NCBI GenBank assembly: GCA_965113315.1
Contig: OZ220375.1
Direction: 5' to 3' (one strand)
From: Podarcis vaucheri
Lineage: Eukaryota
Length of the DNA stretch: 64,000 nt
Shown here: positions 9,351-22,272 of the stretch, piece after piece
Numbering within the stretch: position 1 is the stretch's first letter
Layout of the letters: each line of letters starts with the position of its first letter
Translations under genes and position numbers: made by a program
The notes under the pieces: generated by a model
What the model saw: the letters and a program-made list of their open reading frames with translations, nothing else
Database searches by the model: none
Told to the model about the DNA's origin: nothing

Positions 9351-12290
9351 ATGGAAGCCAATGCAGCAAGCGACGAGGGTGTGCATTTCCAGAGCTACCC
9401 CTTCGACTTCTTGGAGTTCCTGAACCACCAACGCTTTGAACCTATGGAGGCCTACAACCACGAGCACGCCAAAGCAGTCGCCGCCCTCCCCTGCCCACAG
9501 CCACAGTACGACTACACCCAGCCGCCCGCTGCCGCCCCACCTGCCCACTTTGACCGTGTCCCCACCGCCGTTGGCACCTCCAAGCCCAAAGCTGAAGGCC
9601 CATCCTCCTCCTCTTCCTCAGCAGCCGCTTCTGCCAACGTTCAAGTCAAGAAAGCCGAACCGGGGGCTCCTGCACCACCACAGCAGCAACAACAGCAGCA
9701 GCAGCAGCAACAACAGCAGCAACCACCCTATACTGGTCCAGCAGTGGTGCCAGCGACAGGCCAGCCTCTCTTCGATAGCACAGCTGCAGCGGCAGCCGCT
9801 GCCGCTGCCTACAACACTCCTCAGTGGGGCATTGTGGACCTTTCTGGCCACCAGCACCTCTTCAGCAGCCTGAAACGTGGGCAGGCCCCACCCCCAGCTA
9901 CAGCCACTGTTGCCACTGACAGCCAGGCGGGCAAAGACGACAAGAACTACTTCCGGCGCTTGAAATATTTCATCGACCGCCGTTTCCCGTGCGGCGTGTG
10001 CCAGAAATCCTTCAAGCAGTCGTCCCACCTTGTGCAACACATGTTGGTACATACAGGCGAGCGGCCCTACGAGTGCACCACCTGCGGCCGCACCTACAAC
10101 CACATTTCCAGCCTCATCCGGCACCGTCGCTGCCACAAGGACACCGAGGATGCCACGGCGGCTGCCAATGCGGCCGCTGCTAACGCAGCCGCCGCAGCAG
10201 CTGCTGCAGCAGCAGCCGCCGCAGCTGTTGCCACCAACGCAACTGCTGCTTCTGGAGCCGAGGGAGCAGCTCAGCCTCCTACTCAGAGCGGCAACCCTCA
10301 GGTGGTTCCCACATCCGCTGGGACGGCAGCCGCGTCTGCCCTCAGTGCTGCCATAGCTCAGGCGGAAGGCCCGTTCACCTGCTCTCTCTGCTGGAAGGTC
10401 TTCAAGAAGCCAAGCCACCTGCACCAGCACCAGATCATCCACACGGGCGAGAAGCCGTTCTCATGCTCCGTCTGCCAGAAGAGCTTCAACCGACGCGAGA
10501 GCCTGAAGCGGCACGTGCGGACCCACTCGGATCTCCTGCGAGTGCAGTGCGGGGTTTGCGGCAAGGAGTTCCGGGACGCTTCCTACCTTCTGAAGCACCA
10601 GGCTACCCACGCGCCACCCGGAACCTTGCCGCCACGCCCCGAGTACAAGTGCGACATCTGTGGCAAGGGCTACGTGGCTCCCCAGAACCTCCTGCGCCAT
10701 CGGCAGCTGCAGCACGAGGGAGCCCAGCTGCCCAAGGACGGCACCAATGCCCTGTCCTACCTGCCGCCGGGAGCTTATCTCCTCCCACAAGACCCACAGG
10801 CTACCGGTTCTGACGGCGACACCAAGCCCACATCCTACGGGCTGTTAGGTCACCCGCTGCTGGTGGGGACGGCAGCGGGCAAGAACTTCTGCTGCGGGAT
10901 CTGCGGCCGCGGCTTTGGGCGCCGGGAGACGCTGAAGCGCCATGAGAGGATCCACACTGGGGAGAAGCCTCACCAGTGTGCCGTGTGCGGGAAGCGCTTC
11001 CGCGAGTCGTTCCACCTCAGCAAACACCACGTGGTGCATACACGGGAGAGGCCCTACAAGTGCGAGATCTGCGGGAAGGTGTTTGGCTACCCGCAGAGCT
11101 TGACCCGCCACAAGCAGATCCACCGGCTGCAGCTGCCTTGCTCTTTGCCACCCATGGGGCCCTCGCTGGCACCCATGGGTCCTTCGCTGCCGCCGCCTCC
11201 CGAAGGGCTGACCTACGGCTGCTCCGACTGTGGAGAGCGCTTCCCCGATCTCTTCCACGTCATGAGCCACAAGGAAGTTCACGTGGCCGAGAAGCCGTAC
11301 CCGTGCGACGTCTGCGGCAAGTGCTTTGGCTTCATTGAGAATCTCATGTGGCACAAGTTGGTCCACCAGGCTGCCCCCGAACGGCTCCTGCCACCAGACG
11401 AGACGGCCGCAGCGGTGGCGCCTCTGGAGAACGGGCTGGCCAGTGGCGACAACATGACGTCTTTCGAAGACCACCACCCCACCTTGCCCAGCGGGGAGCG
11501 CTTCTCCTGCTCCATCTGCGGCCAGACCTTCAAGCATTTCCTGGGCCTTGTGACCCACAAGTATGTTCACCTGGTGCGGCGCACGCTGGCCTGTTCAGTC
11601 TGCGGGCAGAGCTTCGCGGGGGCCTATGACCTGCTGCTGCACCGCCGCACCCACCTGCAGAAGCGGCACTTCTCCTGCCCGGTGTGCGGCAAGCGGTTCT
11701 GGGAGGCCGCCCTCCTGATGCGCCACCAGCGCTGCCACACCGAGGAGCGCCCTTACCGCTGCGCGGTCTGCGGGCGCGGCTTCCTGCGCTCGTGGTACCT
11801 GCGCCAGCACAAAGTGGTGCACACCGGCGAGCGGGCCTACAAGTGCGCCCTCTGCAACAAGCGCTTTGCCCAGTCGTCCAGCCTGGCCGAACACCAGCGC
11901 CTCCATGTGGTGGCTCGGCCCCAGCGCTGCCCCACCTGCGGCAAGACCTTCCGCTACCGCAGCAACCTTCTGGAGCACCAGCGGGTGCACCTGGGCGAGA
12001 AAGTCTACCGCTGCGACCGCTGCTCGAAGAGCTTCTTCTACCTGTCCTCCATCCTGCGCCACCAGCGCTCCCACGATGCCAAGCGTGAGCTGCGATGCGG
12101 GGCCTGCCTCAAGCTCTTCAAAGACCCCAAGTACTTCAGCAAACACGTCCAGGCCCACCAGGGAGGCCGGCCGTTCAAGTGCAGCACCTGTGGAGAAGCC
12201 TTCTCCAACACCTATGGCCTCAAGAAACACCGCCACATCCACAAGATGGAGCGCTTTGCCGCCATGGGAGGCCACAAGGAGCAAGCCTAG
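9351..12290 (+). CDS. ZNF865: Zinc finger protein 865 (979 aa, 20 C2H2 fingers, one coding exon)
   Basis: Acceptor ttctctcctttgtctag|G at 9327/9328, ATG at 9351. Motifs MEAN..GVHFQSYPFDFLEFLNHQRFEPME, TPQWGIVDLSGHQHLF and KDDKNYFRRLKY match recalled human ZNF865. 20 CxxC..HxxxH fingers counted. Confidence 0.95.
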   Translation: MEANAASDEGVHFQSYPFDFLEFLNHQRFEPMEAYNHEHAKAVAALPCPQPQYDYTQPPAAAPPAHFDRVPTAVGTSKPKAEGPSSSSSSAAASANVQVKKAEPGAPAPPQQQQQQQQQQQQQQPPYTGPAVVPATGQPLFDSTAAAAAAAAAYNTPQWGIVDLSGHQHLFSSLKRGQAPPPATATVATDSQAGKDDKNYFRRLKYFIDRRFPCGVCQKSFKQSSHLVQHMLVHTGERPYECTTCGRTYNHISSLIRHRRCHKDTEDATAAANAAAANAAAAAAAAAAAAAAVATNATAASGAEGAAQPPTQSGNPQVVPTSAGTAAASALSAAIAQAEGPFTCSLCWKVFKKPSHLHQHQIIHTGEKPFSCSVCQKSFNRRESLKRHVRTHSDLLRVQCGVCGKEFRDASYLLKHQATHAPPGTLPPRPEYKCDICGKGYVAPQNLLRHRQLQHEGAQLPKDGTNALSYLPPGAYLLPQDPQATGSDGDTKPTSYGLLGHPLLVGTAAGKNFCCGICGRGFGRRETLKRHERIHTGEKPHQCAVCGKRFRESFHLSKHHVVHTRERPYKCEICGKVFGYPQSLTRHKQIHRLQLPCSLPPMGPSLAPMGPSLPPPPEGLTYGCSDCGERFPDLFHVMSHKEVHVAEKPYPCDVCGKCFGFIENLMWHKLVHQAAPERLLPPDETAAAVAPLENGLASGDNMTSFEDHHPTLPSGERFSCSICGQTFKHFLGLVTHKYVHLVRRTLACSVCGQSFAGAYDLLLHRRTHLQKRHFSCPVCGKRFWEAALLMRHQRCHTEERPYRCAVCGRGFLRSWYLRQHKVVHTGERAYKCALCNKRFAQSSSLAEHQRLHVVARPQRCPTCGKTFRYRSNLLEHQRVHLGEKVYRCDRCSKSFFYLSSILRHQRSHDAKRELRCGACLKLFKDPKYFSKHVQAHQGGRPFKCSTCGEAFSNTYGLKKHRHIHKMERFAAMGGHKEQA
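9681..9722 (+). repeat. Mixed CAG/CAA repeat encoding Q14 in ZNF865
   Basis: 42 nt of CAG/CAA codons. Confidence 0.9.
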
Positions 12291-15200
12291 CGCTGGGGGC
12301 AGGGGAAGAAAATCTGGGCGGTCCTTTATCCTGGTACTTGAGGGTGGGAAGAGGAGGCTAGTTCCTGTCTGTTGCAAGCCACAAGGGCAGGCGTTTCCCT
12401 GTAGTAAAATGGCAGTAAGGTGCTATGTTTGGGGAAGGATATGGGAGAGTCCTCAAGTCACAATTGCATGGGGCAATCCATGGAGAACCAGGGATGCAAC
12501 ACAGGATTGGTTTACCTAGGTATCCTCCCTGGACCTTGGTTTTCCCCAAACAAATAGCTGTTGCCCTGTCCATCCTGGATTCCCTAGTCTAAACATGATA
12601 GGAGAGGATGGCTGTGATAGAAATACCCTTTCTTACCAAGAACGGATGGACATTTATTACCTTTTCCAGGAAGTGGGAGCAGAGGAATGATGTTCTTGTG
12701 GAATAATAAGCCTAGATACTGAAAGAGAGAAGAAGCCATCTAGGTTCCCTTTTGCAGGAAGAGGTGGATCTTCCTTTCCTCCATTTAAGTGTTAGAGCCA
12801 ATTCATAAATTTCAGTAGAGGGCAGGACATGGTACAGTCCTTCAGAAGCGCTTGCCAAATTTTACTGTGAACCCAGCCACCTGATCTATGCCATGTAGGT
12901 CTTGCTTCCTTTCTGGAGGAAAGACATTGATCTGGGTGCTTCCTTTAACTCTGACAATGGGCTGCTTGTCATCCCCCCCCCCCCCAATTTACCTGTGTAG
13001 GAAATTAGAGGAGCTTGCTTGAACTTTGCATATCTTACAATATGATCTAGATGCTGCCACACCATAAAATATCTACCTGTCTTCCCACCTCCAGGACAGT
13101 TACCACTTCATCATGCAGCTGGAGGATCATAAACCTGAATGCTCCCTCACTTTAAAAACAAAACACTCATAGGAAACAAGCGAGTCTGGAGGAAGGGTTC
13201 TAGCCTAGCCTTCTTCCTGATACCTAGCTTTCCACATGCAGGGAATACAGTATTGAATATGAAAGAGCATTCAGATAGGTCATTTCCCCCCTATGTATCT
13301 TGAAGTGGTGTAGGCCCAGATAGACTGTACCATGTGGTATTTTTCAGAATTTTCAAATTGACACAACAGTTAGCTAGTGTGTGTTGCCTTCTTCCTCCTG
13401 CCAGAACCTCATATGGTTGTGGTTGCGTATGAAGCTGAGAGAGAGGAAAGCAAACGTACCTGGTGGCCCTGCATCCCAGGCCACAGTGAAATATGTTGCC
13501 TTGGTTTGCACAGCACATCCAGTGCTTCGCCCACAGTTCTTCCACTTCCACAAGCCCACCCTGTTCTTGGCAATTCTTTTGGCGCCCTCACATCAGATAA
13601 ATGGCAGACTTAACTAGTTTGTGGCTGGAGTACCCCACGGGGACTTTTTCATCCTCATTCTTAAATCATGGACCTTCTTTTCCCCCCACCCAAACAGGAA
13701 TATTGGTCAGGTATGGTCAAAAAGGTTCTTCCAAACTCTCAAGCTCCCTGGCGTGGCTCCCCAGCTCCCTCTCTGGGCGCCGCTCATCACCCTCTGGTTC
13801 TGAACAGGCAGAAGAGGAAGCTGACTTACTACATGCAACCAAAGAGTTCTGAGAGCACGCCCCCTTGTGGACGGCGGACACCAGGTGGTTCGCCTCTCCC
13901 TCTCCCTCGTGATCCAAGTTGACCTTCCGCATCTAATAAGACAGTTGTGATGGGGAAACGTTACTGCTTTTCCATGCTGGAGCGTTCAGAGCGTGAAGAC
14001 TTTCTTTCAGGTGGCAATACCAAAGGTGCCTCCTTGCCATTTCTGGTCTACATCCCTGCATCCATAGTTCCTACAGTCCAAGGATAGGAGGACCCAAAGA
14101 TGCTTTTTATTATTCCAGTGTGGTTGCCCAGTGCCTGGAAGAAGAGGGAAAGGGGGATGTTGCCAAAGTTGCAGAGTTGCCTGGGGATAGAGAATTGTGA
14201 TAGAAATGGACTCGGCTGGGGGGTGCAGGCGTTCCTTAAAGGAAACCTCGCGGAATTTGGTGACCCAGTGTCCTATTTGACGAAGATTGTGAAGAACAGA
14301 AAGGAGATGGGAAGAGGGTTCAGCCTGTTATTTTCCAGCCTCGGTTCCACATTTCCTATGTTGGGTCAACTCCAGGGGGAAACTCTTTGTCCATGTTGAG
14401 TCAGGCCCAGTTATCTTAACGTCTCTGACAGACTGAAATACTACTGACTAATGTCCTGCCTCCATAAGTGGCTGATACTGGATGTTCTCTTTCTTGTTTT
14501 ATCTTTATACTAAAGTTTTAAGGCCTGAACTTGTAGCTGAAATTCAGTGGATTCTCCCTTTGGTGGTGGATATAACTCTCCCTGCCTTACATGAAAACTT
14601 TCCATATAGAATTTTCCCTCCCTGACTTTGTAATTTGCCAATAGAGCTGAGTTTAATGTTAGATTCTCCTCCCTCCTTATGAATACAAGTGTATCTTGTT
14701 TATACCATACCTGCTTCGTAGGAAGAGCTGCTTCTGCGTTGAGTTGAGCATGGTTTCCACGGAAACCCCACGGAAAGACGTGGTAACCCCAAAACTGATG
14801 ACCTGTTCTCACACTAAAGGCTGTTGTTTATACCATCCACTTTATTACCCAGGAATAGCAAGAGAGTTCACAACAACTAATCTAGCAGATGATTTGTCTG
14901 TCAAATTGTTTTAAGTGTAGGTTCCCAAATGGACGATGGAACATGACAGGGAGAAACAAGTCTTACGCATTCCCAGGTGACCTAAGACAAAAATACTGTG
15001 TTTCGAAACCACAACATAACATTGTCTCACACATAACAGGATTTCCAATGGATTTTCCCCCCTCCAGAATAATTTACAGGCCTAAAATAAAGAAGACAAA
15101 TATCCATACAACTATGGAATTCCTGTTTCAGTCACAAAATTTATGCTAATATATTCAGCCAGGCCTTGCCTATGAGAATGGTGTTCTGTTTCCTACAGTT

Positions 15201-16675
15201 GACAAAATGTAGTCTTGACTTTCATCCTAAGTTTTTAAAAGTTTTCTTTAAAAAAAAAGAAAAAAGGTTTTAACGTTTTCTGACCTTAGAAGAGCAATTA
15301 CTCCATCTTAACACCCCTTAATCACCTCCTGTATTCACAATGGTTAGAAAGTAGCAAGAGAGAGTTGCCTCCCCACTCAACCATTAATTTTTTTTATTTA
15401 CAGGTGAAAAGAGGGAGCTGAGGGCAAAATGGCTATCTTTGTTTCTAGCCAAAATTCTAATGCCAGAGAGCAGGCACTCTGCTCATCTGCCTGCTGTCAC
15501 TTGTAAGATCAGGTTTGCTTAAGAAATGAAACTTGTGCCCATTCTTCATTGTAGGAGTGGTTTGATTTTTCCAAGTATGTTTCCCTGTTCTCCGTTGTAG
15601 TTTGGTTTGATTGGTTGGTGCAATGTAAAATTGCCATGCCTCACTCTCATGTGAAAGATGCTATTTAAAAAAGAGCTGAACAGCACTTCTAATTTTCCTC
15701 TATAAGAGAAGTAGAGGGGTCATGGGATTAGAGAGTAAGAGGCCCGGGAGGTGGCATTCTTTGGCTTGAATTCTGTGGGAAAGTTCTGTAGGGACTAAGG
15801 TCAAAGACAGGTGTTCCAGGTTTTAATTCTGGTTGGGCAATGGGATACTTTTGAAGACCCAGTTGGAGTATGCGATCAAGACTTGCCAACTAACCTTCCT
15901 GCTTCACTGCTCTGCCTTTTATATAAATATACCTGGATGGAGTCTTAGCTCTGAAGTGTGTGCATCACTAGGATGCTGGCTGTCCTACAGATTCTCATCA
16001 CCCCTGATGCCTTGCCTGCTGTGAACGGGAATTGTGAAGATCCTCCTGTCTTTTCCTAGCATCAGACCTGAAGTTTTAAGATGCCGCAAGACACACAATC
16101 ATCTGAACTTCCATCAGCCCTCCAGTTCATTGGGGAACATGGATTCTCTGGTTCTGACAGCGGGCAATGTTTTCCCATGCTCCCCACTCATCCCAAACTG
16201 GGAGATGGACATTTTTGAGACAGGACTCAAACATTCCCAGACCAGTGACTGTTGCGATCTCTGAAAAGAGTCCTGCCGCAGATAGGATCCAACCCATTGC
16301 AATCATGTTAGCAAGATGACTTTTTATATTAATACAGATCTATAAATACATACGTTTATATATAAATACTTCTTTTTCTAACTACCCCTTTCTCCCATTG
16401 GCCATAGGAAGTGCAGTACTTTTGGTGCCAAGATTCAAGTCCCTTATGATAACGTGTACTAAAATATAATATGTATAGGACCCCCTCATTGTCCATGCAG
16501 CTGATGGGCCTGGACCGATATAACCTGCCCCGTCCTCCTCGGTGGTGCCCCTTTGGGAACTGTACAGCGTGTGTTTTTCTCAGTTGGGGTTAGGGGAATG
16601 GGAGCGTGTGTTTGTGTTTTAAACCAAGCTATTGTTTTAAAAGTGTCTGATTTACGATGTACAGACTAAACAAAC

Positions 16676-16681
16676 ATTAAA
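16676..16681 (+). terminator. ZNF865: Candidate distal poly(A) signal (ATTAAA) of ZNF865, implying a ~4.4-kb 3'UTR
   Basis: ATTAAA follows TGTA- and GT-rich 3'UTR-like sequence and precedes a T/GT-rich stretch. No obvious TE between the stop codon and this site. Confidence 0.45.
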
Positions 16682-19600
16682 AAAATAAGAATTGGAAAGC
16701 GTATGTCCCATGCATTGAGAGGGCTCCAGATTTGCTTGTTTTGCTAACCGTGGGTGTGGAGGGAGCTTCACTCTAAGAATCCCAAGTAACTAGACCACTG
16801 GACAGGGCTTCCTGAAGTGTTGGGACCATGTGAAGGGCACAAGAACACGAGGGCCTGTAGATCCCCAAGAACTGCAGCAAAAAAGGAGATGGATACCCAC
16901 AGTGGCTAGAATCAGGTTATCAGAGCTTGAAACTTTAATACGAGCTGGGCTGTGTGAAGAGCAGAATCCTATACCCAGCCACAGGAGAAAGATCAAGGTG
17001 GGTTTGCCAGAAATCTTGCACTGTCTTCTACTAGAAGGGGTTTTCTGCCGTCTTGGGATCAGGGCAGTGGCTAGGGCTTTCTTATTCTAAGTGAGGTGCC
17101 TCTGCTACATGAGCCACAGCTCTCCAACAAGTTGATATGAAGAAGTGGGCAAGGTAGAGGAGGTTTGGTGGTATCTCACTGACATTTTAAAATGTTGAGG
17201 TCATCCCTAGAAATTGAACATTCGGAAGCAAACAGTTGAGTACCCGTACTTCCAACACTCTTCTCTGCCAGTTTCATCTAGGCTACTGGAGATGGAGAAG
17301 GCTCGGATGATCCTTGGAAGCAAACATGCTGGCATTCAAAATATGCAGGAAAATTTCAACATTGCAGTTTTACACACTTTCAAATGTTGCTGTTGAAATT
17401 GAAATTTTTGTTAAGTCCAAAGCATTAACAAGACAAGTATCGGCATACCAAGCAGGATGCTTTTCTTTCTCTTTTTGCACTTCAGGAACAGAGCGTTCCA
17501 ATGGTATCTAGAAGCTGGCTGAATTTAAATCAGAATGTTAAACTTTGCAAGCAAATAAAGCGAGGAAGAATTGTTTTTGAGAAACCTTTCCTCCTCCTTA
17601 ACTTTACAGGCTTAATGCCAGATCAAGGTGTTTGTTCATGTAGCCCAGGGCGGCCCAACTTTACAAACCAAGTAGGCCGCAAACGTACTTTGACAGAGAA
17701 CCCATGGGCCACAAACTTTGAGAAGGCAACGCAAGGCCTGGTGGGGAGGGGCATCATATGTTGCCGAGGGCCACCAAAAACGGTTTTGAGGGTTGTGCAT
17801 TGGACCACCCTGATGTAGCCTGTGTTGTCTCCTGCGTTTTCCAGAACCCTCAGGCGAAAAGACTTTCCTCACTTGCTATCCAATCCTTTCACATTAAGAT
17901 GTCAGTAACTGAACCTGGGACCTCTGTGCAAAGTCTCTGCTCTACGACTTGAGCTAGGTTCAGTTTTGGCTCATCCCTAAGAGGATGGGCAAGTTGGAGA
18001 AGCTGGAGAGCATCTGGCCCAGAAGACCGCGTTTGGCTCTTGCTTCCTTTTTTCTTTTGCTATTATGTATGTGGGAGGGGCCTAGATTAACACCAGGTAA
18101 ATCTACATGATCATGTGTGACAAGGCATTTCTGTGATGCTCCATTTTGAAGGACATACTAAATATTTTATCTGCTATCACAAATGGAGCACTATGAAAAA
18201 CATTGACAATTTAAACTGTAATACTTACAACATGGAATTGTTTTCTCTTGTGAGATTGGTACAATGCACCCAGCTCAGACAATGAAGCAAAAGTGCTGCA
18301 TATAGGAAATGGCTGTCAAAACCTGGGAGGAGACCACGTAAACTTCAAATGTTTACACTGCAAGATCTGCAGTGAGAAATGCAGAACTAAGAATGCCTAG
18401 TCTCGGGGAAAAGCTAGAAAACTAAAGAGTTTTCATAAAGTGATGTGTGACTGAAAGGTCTAAACTGATAATATTTGGAGTGGATATTTAAGGTAACTGT
18501 TCAGTGGAACTATCTTTGGTAACAGTATGTAGCCTGAGAGGTTGGTTCAACAATTTTTTCTACCCAAATTTTCCCATTGGGGTTATATGCAAATTCAACT
18601 ATGTTTAACAAAATATTTTTTAACTGGCTAGTGCTTGCAAAGCAAAATGTCAAGAATAATTTGGTTTTAAATGTGGCTACAACAACTTTTTAGAAGATTT
18701 TATTTCTACCTTTGGATTTCTGCTTACAACTTTTACAAGACTGGGGGACCTTTCTTCTAAAGACCTTTTCCCCAACTTCGTGTAACATGAACAAATCTTG
18801 ATTTTCATCTTCTTTATTTACTTATAGCTCTTTTCAAATGCATTTAAAAAAATCATTTCAGATTTGCCCTCCTGAGGGTAAAAACACACATTAGAAATTG
18901 TGGGTTCGCTATGATCGCTATGAGCAGGACCATGCATCTGCTTTTTTAAAAAAGCAACAACAACCCAATACTGCATCAGTATACCTAGTGTTGGTATCTA
19001 ATAGTACAATCCTATGTCTACTCAGAAGTAAGTCTAATGAGTTCATTGGGCTTTCTTCCAAGAAAACTGATATAGGATTACAGCCCAAACCATCTGCACT
19101 CTAGCAATTGTGTACAGTTACACAAATGAAGTAAATGATAACTTGCTTATTTCATATAATACCATTTTTCTTCTGCTAGCAGTGGGAAGGGGCAGACACC
19201 TGTACAAGGCACTGGTTTCTAGAAGTGCTCAGCTATTCCTTGCCCCAATTTCAGAAATGTTACCGACCGTTAGCCATGCACTTTAGGCGCCTCTCTTCGT
19301 TAGTTTGGTTCAGATGTAATGCCCAAACCAAGAAAAGTAGTACGATTTGGTTCACGGGTAATTGCAAACAGACAAACAAAAAGAGCTGCAAGATCCTAGC
19401 CCTCAAGCCTATGGCTACATTTAGATGGAATGCCAAACCACACTTTACATAATCAAGCCTTTAGACTTATTAATACATCATTGTTGTACCTCACCCTTCC
19501 AACAGGAGCACAGGGTGGCCTAAAGCTACAAATAAAACAAATATTGTTGGCGGCGGCAGCAACAGCAGCAGCATACTACCTTGAGAATTGCAAAACTCAA

Positions 19601-20001
19601 GTTTGACCCCAAAGCCTGGGTAAATAAAAGTGTTTTCAATTTATGTTAAAAGATTTCTCCTGTAGGGACCAAACAAATATCCCATGGGGGAGAGTTCCAC
19701 ATCGAGTGTTGCTGCATAAAATACCCTTTCCTGAGTAACTGCACTACTGACTGCTCTCTCCCCGCCCCCTTGCTCCAATTTCCTCCTGTACTTTGTTAAC
19801 TTTGATTAAATCACCCATATTTTACTTGCAAGCCAGAATTAGAAACCATGGTTTGATTATAATCTCTAGGTCTAGTTTGCAGAAAATCTGCAAGAACCAG
19901 AAAGATCAAGAAGAGGGGGCAAGTAACTCACACCCAAGGCTTGCTCATGAAACATAACCATCGCTTGGCATTCTATCCAAAACACACCTGTGGGTCCAGA
20001 A

Positions 20002-20137
20002 CAGGCTTCCTCAACCTCAGCCGTCCAGATGTTTTGAGACTACAATTCCCATCATCCCTGACCACTGGGCCTGCTAGCTAAGGATCATGGGAGTTGTAAG
20101 CCAAAAACATCTGAAGGGCTGAGGCTGAGGAAGCCTC
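20002..20137. mobile_element. hAT-type palindromic MITE, family B
   Basis: CAGGCTTCCTCAACCTC...GAGGCTGAGGAAGCCT. Closely similar to the copy at 60083-60219. Degenerate 8-bp TSD gtccagaa/ggctagaa. Confidence 0.8.
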
Positions 20138-20289
20138 GGCTAGAAGCTTGCTGTTTTCTACAAAGTTAAAAATGAGATTCTCAAAGACGCTGAAATCAGC
20201 ATCTACTGTTGCAACGGTGCAGAAGTACGCGCAGCTCTGCCAACAGCTACAGTGTGCCATCTCCCCATGGAGAACTTCCTCCTCAAGAA

Positions 20290-22272
20290 TCACTGTGACT
20301 TGGCACTCCATTGGTCTTTCGCCACCCCTTTAACACCAGGCCCAGCACCCTCCTGCCCATGAAGCCGGCGATGCTTGGCAAAATTGGAAGAGTTATTGAA
20401 GCGCCGGCAGCACACAGCACATTCAAAGGGCTTCTCCCCAGTGTGCAGTCTCCGGTGAGTGGCCAGGGCTGAGCTCTGCGTGAACCTCTTGCCACAGACA
20501 GCACACCCAAAGGGCCGTTCGCCCGTGTGCACCCGCAGGTGCTCCTTCAGATCTGTGGCACGACGGAACTGCTTGGGGCATGCAAAGCAGAGGAAAGGCT
20601 TGGAATCGAATGCTGACTGGGAGGGCTGATCATAAGGCTCAGGATCTTGGAAAGGAAAGCAAGGTGCAGAGCCCCCCTCTTCCCAGTTCTGAGCGGTGCT
20701 TCTAAACTCCTCTTGTAAGGAGCCATGACCAGGAGATGTGGAAATATCGTAAGGCAGAGAACATGGCTCAGGGCTCTCCAGTTCCCAGGGAGATACACCA
20801 GCAGGCATGTCCAAGGGAGAGCATCCTTCAAATTCCCCCCTTTCGCTACTTGTCTCCAAATCGGTCTCTTCCCAATCAGGACAGGACCAGACAGACACTT
20901 TTGCTGTGAGAGCATTAATCTTCCCCGGGGCACACGCTTGAAATGCCATCTCTTTCTGCTTGTTGCTGCTGCCATCTTGCCTCAGCAATCTGAAGTGACC
21001 AGCACCATTTTGTCTGAGGTCATGGGCAGCGATTCCATGGTGGCCATTTTGTCTTGACACTGAGGTGCTGAGGCGCCTGCTTGGATTCAGTGCGCTGACA
21101 GGGCATTCCCCTCTGCCATTCTGCTTTATGTGGGCACCAATGCTCTCCCCACTACTATGCTTTGGGCCCTTGAGGTAGTCTTCATTTGTTCTCCTTACTA
21201 AACAGCCCACAACTCCACTCTCTTGACTCAGCTTGTGGCTACCAGCTTCCAAAAGGCCTTTCCCACAACTGCCGTCATCTAACAGTAGCTTGCCATTGTG
21301 GCTGCCGACATGATGCTTCTGTTCTCCCTGAGTGTGGCTTCCCTCTGCTCTATTTTGCCTCAGGCCTATAGTGGGATTTTCACCACCAACGTACTTTTGG
21401 CGTCTGAAACTGTGGCCATTTTGCATCGGTCCCTGGCCGGTGCCACCATTTCCCCCCAGTCCACCTTTGCTATCACTTGCCTGCCTTAGACCCTTAGAAT
21501 GGCCACTTTGCCTCAGTTCACGGTTAGGGCCACAACTAGCATTATCTCCCCTTAGTCTAATTTGCCTGAAATGGTCCACATCATCGCCAGGTTGCCTCAG
21601 GCCACTATCCTGGCTAAAGCCGTTCACATAAGGGCTGTTGGGGTCACGGCCTCTCTTGTTCTCGCCTTCCCTCAGTTCTTTGACGACCTGGCAGCCATTT
21701 TGTCTGGGCAGCAGGCCAGGGCTTATACTGTAGCCACCTTGTCTTTCTGCCAGCTGGCTCAACTTCTTCTCAGGTAGGAAGGCGCAGTCCTTCCCGTCAC
21801 CTGCCTTGTCGCCGTAGCCAAACGGTTGCCCGTGGATGCGCTGGTGCTTGCGGAAGTTGGAGCCGTTGTTGAACGACTTAAAGCAGACGCCGCAGCGGAA
21901 GGGCCGCTCGCCAGTATGGATGCGCATGTGGCCAGAGAGCACTGAGCTCTGAGTAAAACGCTTGCCACAGATGCCACAGCCATACGGCCTTTCGCCTGTA
22001 TGTACCCGCTCATGGTCGCGTCGGTCTGAGGCCCTCTTGAAGCGCTTGGGGCAGAAGGAGCAGCTGTAAGGCCTCTCGGCAAGGAAGGACAGGGCCTCTT
22101 GGTTGCCAGGCAACCATCCCCGGGGCTCGGCCAAGAGGCTTTTGCAGCCCTGGCATTGTGGAGCCTGCCCTTTGGGCCCAGCAAGACTCGGCAGCTCCTC
22201 CTGGCACAGCGGGCAGACGGGGGGCAATCCTGGAGTTGCCTCTTCTTTCACTCTAACCAGCTGGATTTCCAT
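20290..22272 (-). CDS. ZNF784: Zinc finger protein 784-like (660 aa, 2x3 C2H2 fingers)
   Basis: Minus-strand acceptor ttccag|G at 22318/22317, in-frame TGA upstream, ATG at 22272. MEIQLVRV resembles human IEIQVVKV. The fingers ([12 protein letters not shown] / [10 protein letters not shown] / [10 protein letters not shown]) match recalled human ZNF784. Position and strand are syntenic. Confidence 0.85.
   Translation of the reverse strand: MEIQLVRVKEEATPGLPPVCPLCQEELPSLAGPKGQAPQCQGCKSLLAEPRGWLPGNQEALSFLAERPYSCSFCPKRFKRASDRRDHERVHTGERPYGCGICGKRFTQSSVLSGHMRIHTGERPFRCGVCFKSFNNGSNFRKHQRIHGQPFGYGDKAGDGKDCAFLPEKKLSQLAERQGGYSISPGLLPRQNGCQVVKELREGENKRGRDPNSPYVNGFSQDSGLRQPGDDVDHFRQIRLRGDNASCGPNRELRQSGHSKGLRQASDSKGGLGGNGGTGQGPMQNGHSFRRQKYVGGENPTIGLRQNRAEGSHTQGEQKHHVGSHNGKLLLDDGSCGKGLLEAGSHKLSQESGVVGCLVRRTNEDYLKGPKHSSGESIGAHIKQNGRGECPVSALNPSRRLSTSVSRQNGHHGIAAHDLRQNGAGHFRLLRQDGSSNKQKEMAFQACAPGKINALTAKVSVWSCPDWEETDLETSSERGEFEGCSPLDMPAGVSPWELESPEPCSLPYDISTSPGHGSLQEEFRSTAQNWEEGGSAPCFPFQDPEPYDQPSQSAFDSKPFLCFACPKQFRRATDLKEHLRVHTGERPFGCAVCGKRFTQSSALATHRRLHTGEKPFECAVCCRRFNNSSNFAKHRRLHGQEGAGPGVKGVAKDQWSAKSQ

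Noticed and set aside
9618-12519. Long antisense and alternative-frame ORFs over ZNF865
   Set aside because: Shadow ORFs caused by GC3-rich codon usage, with no recognisable domains.
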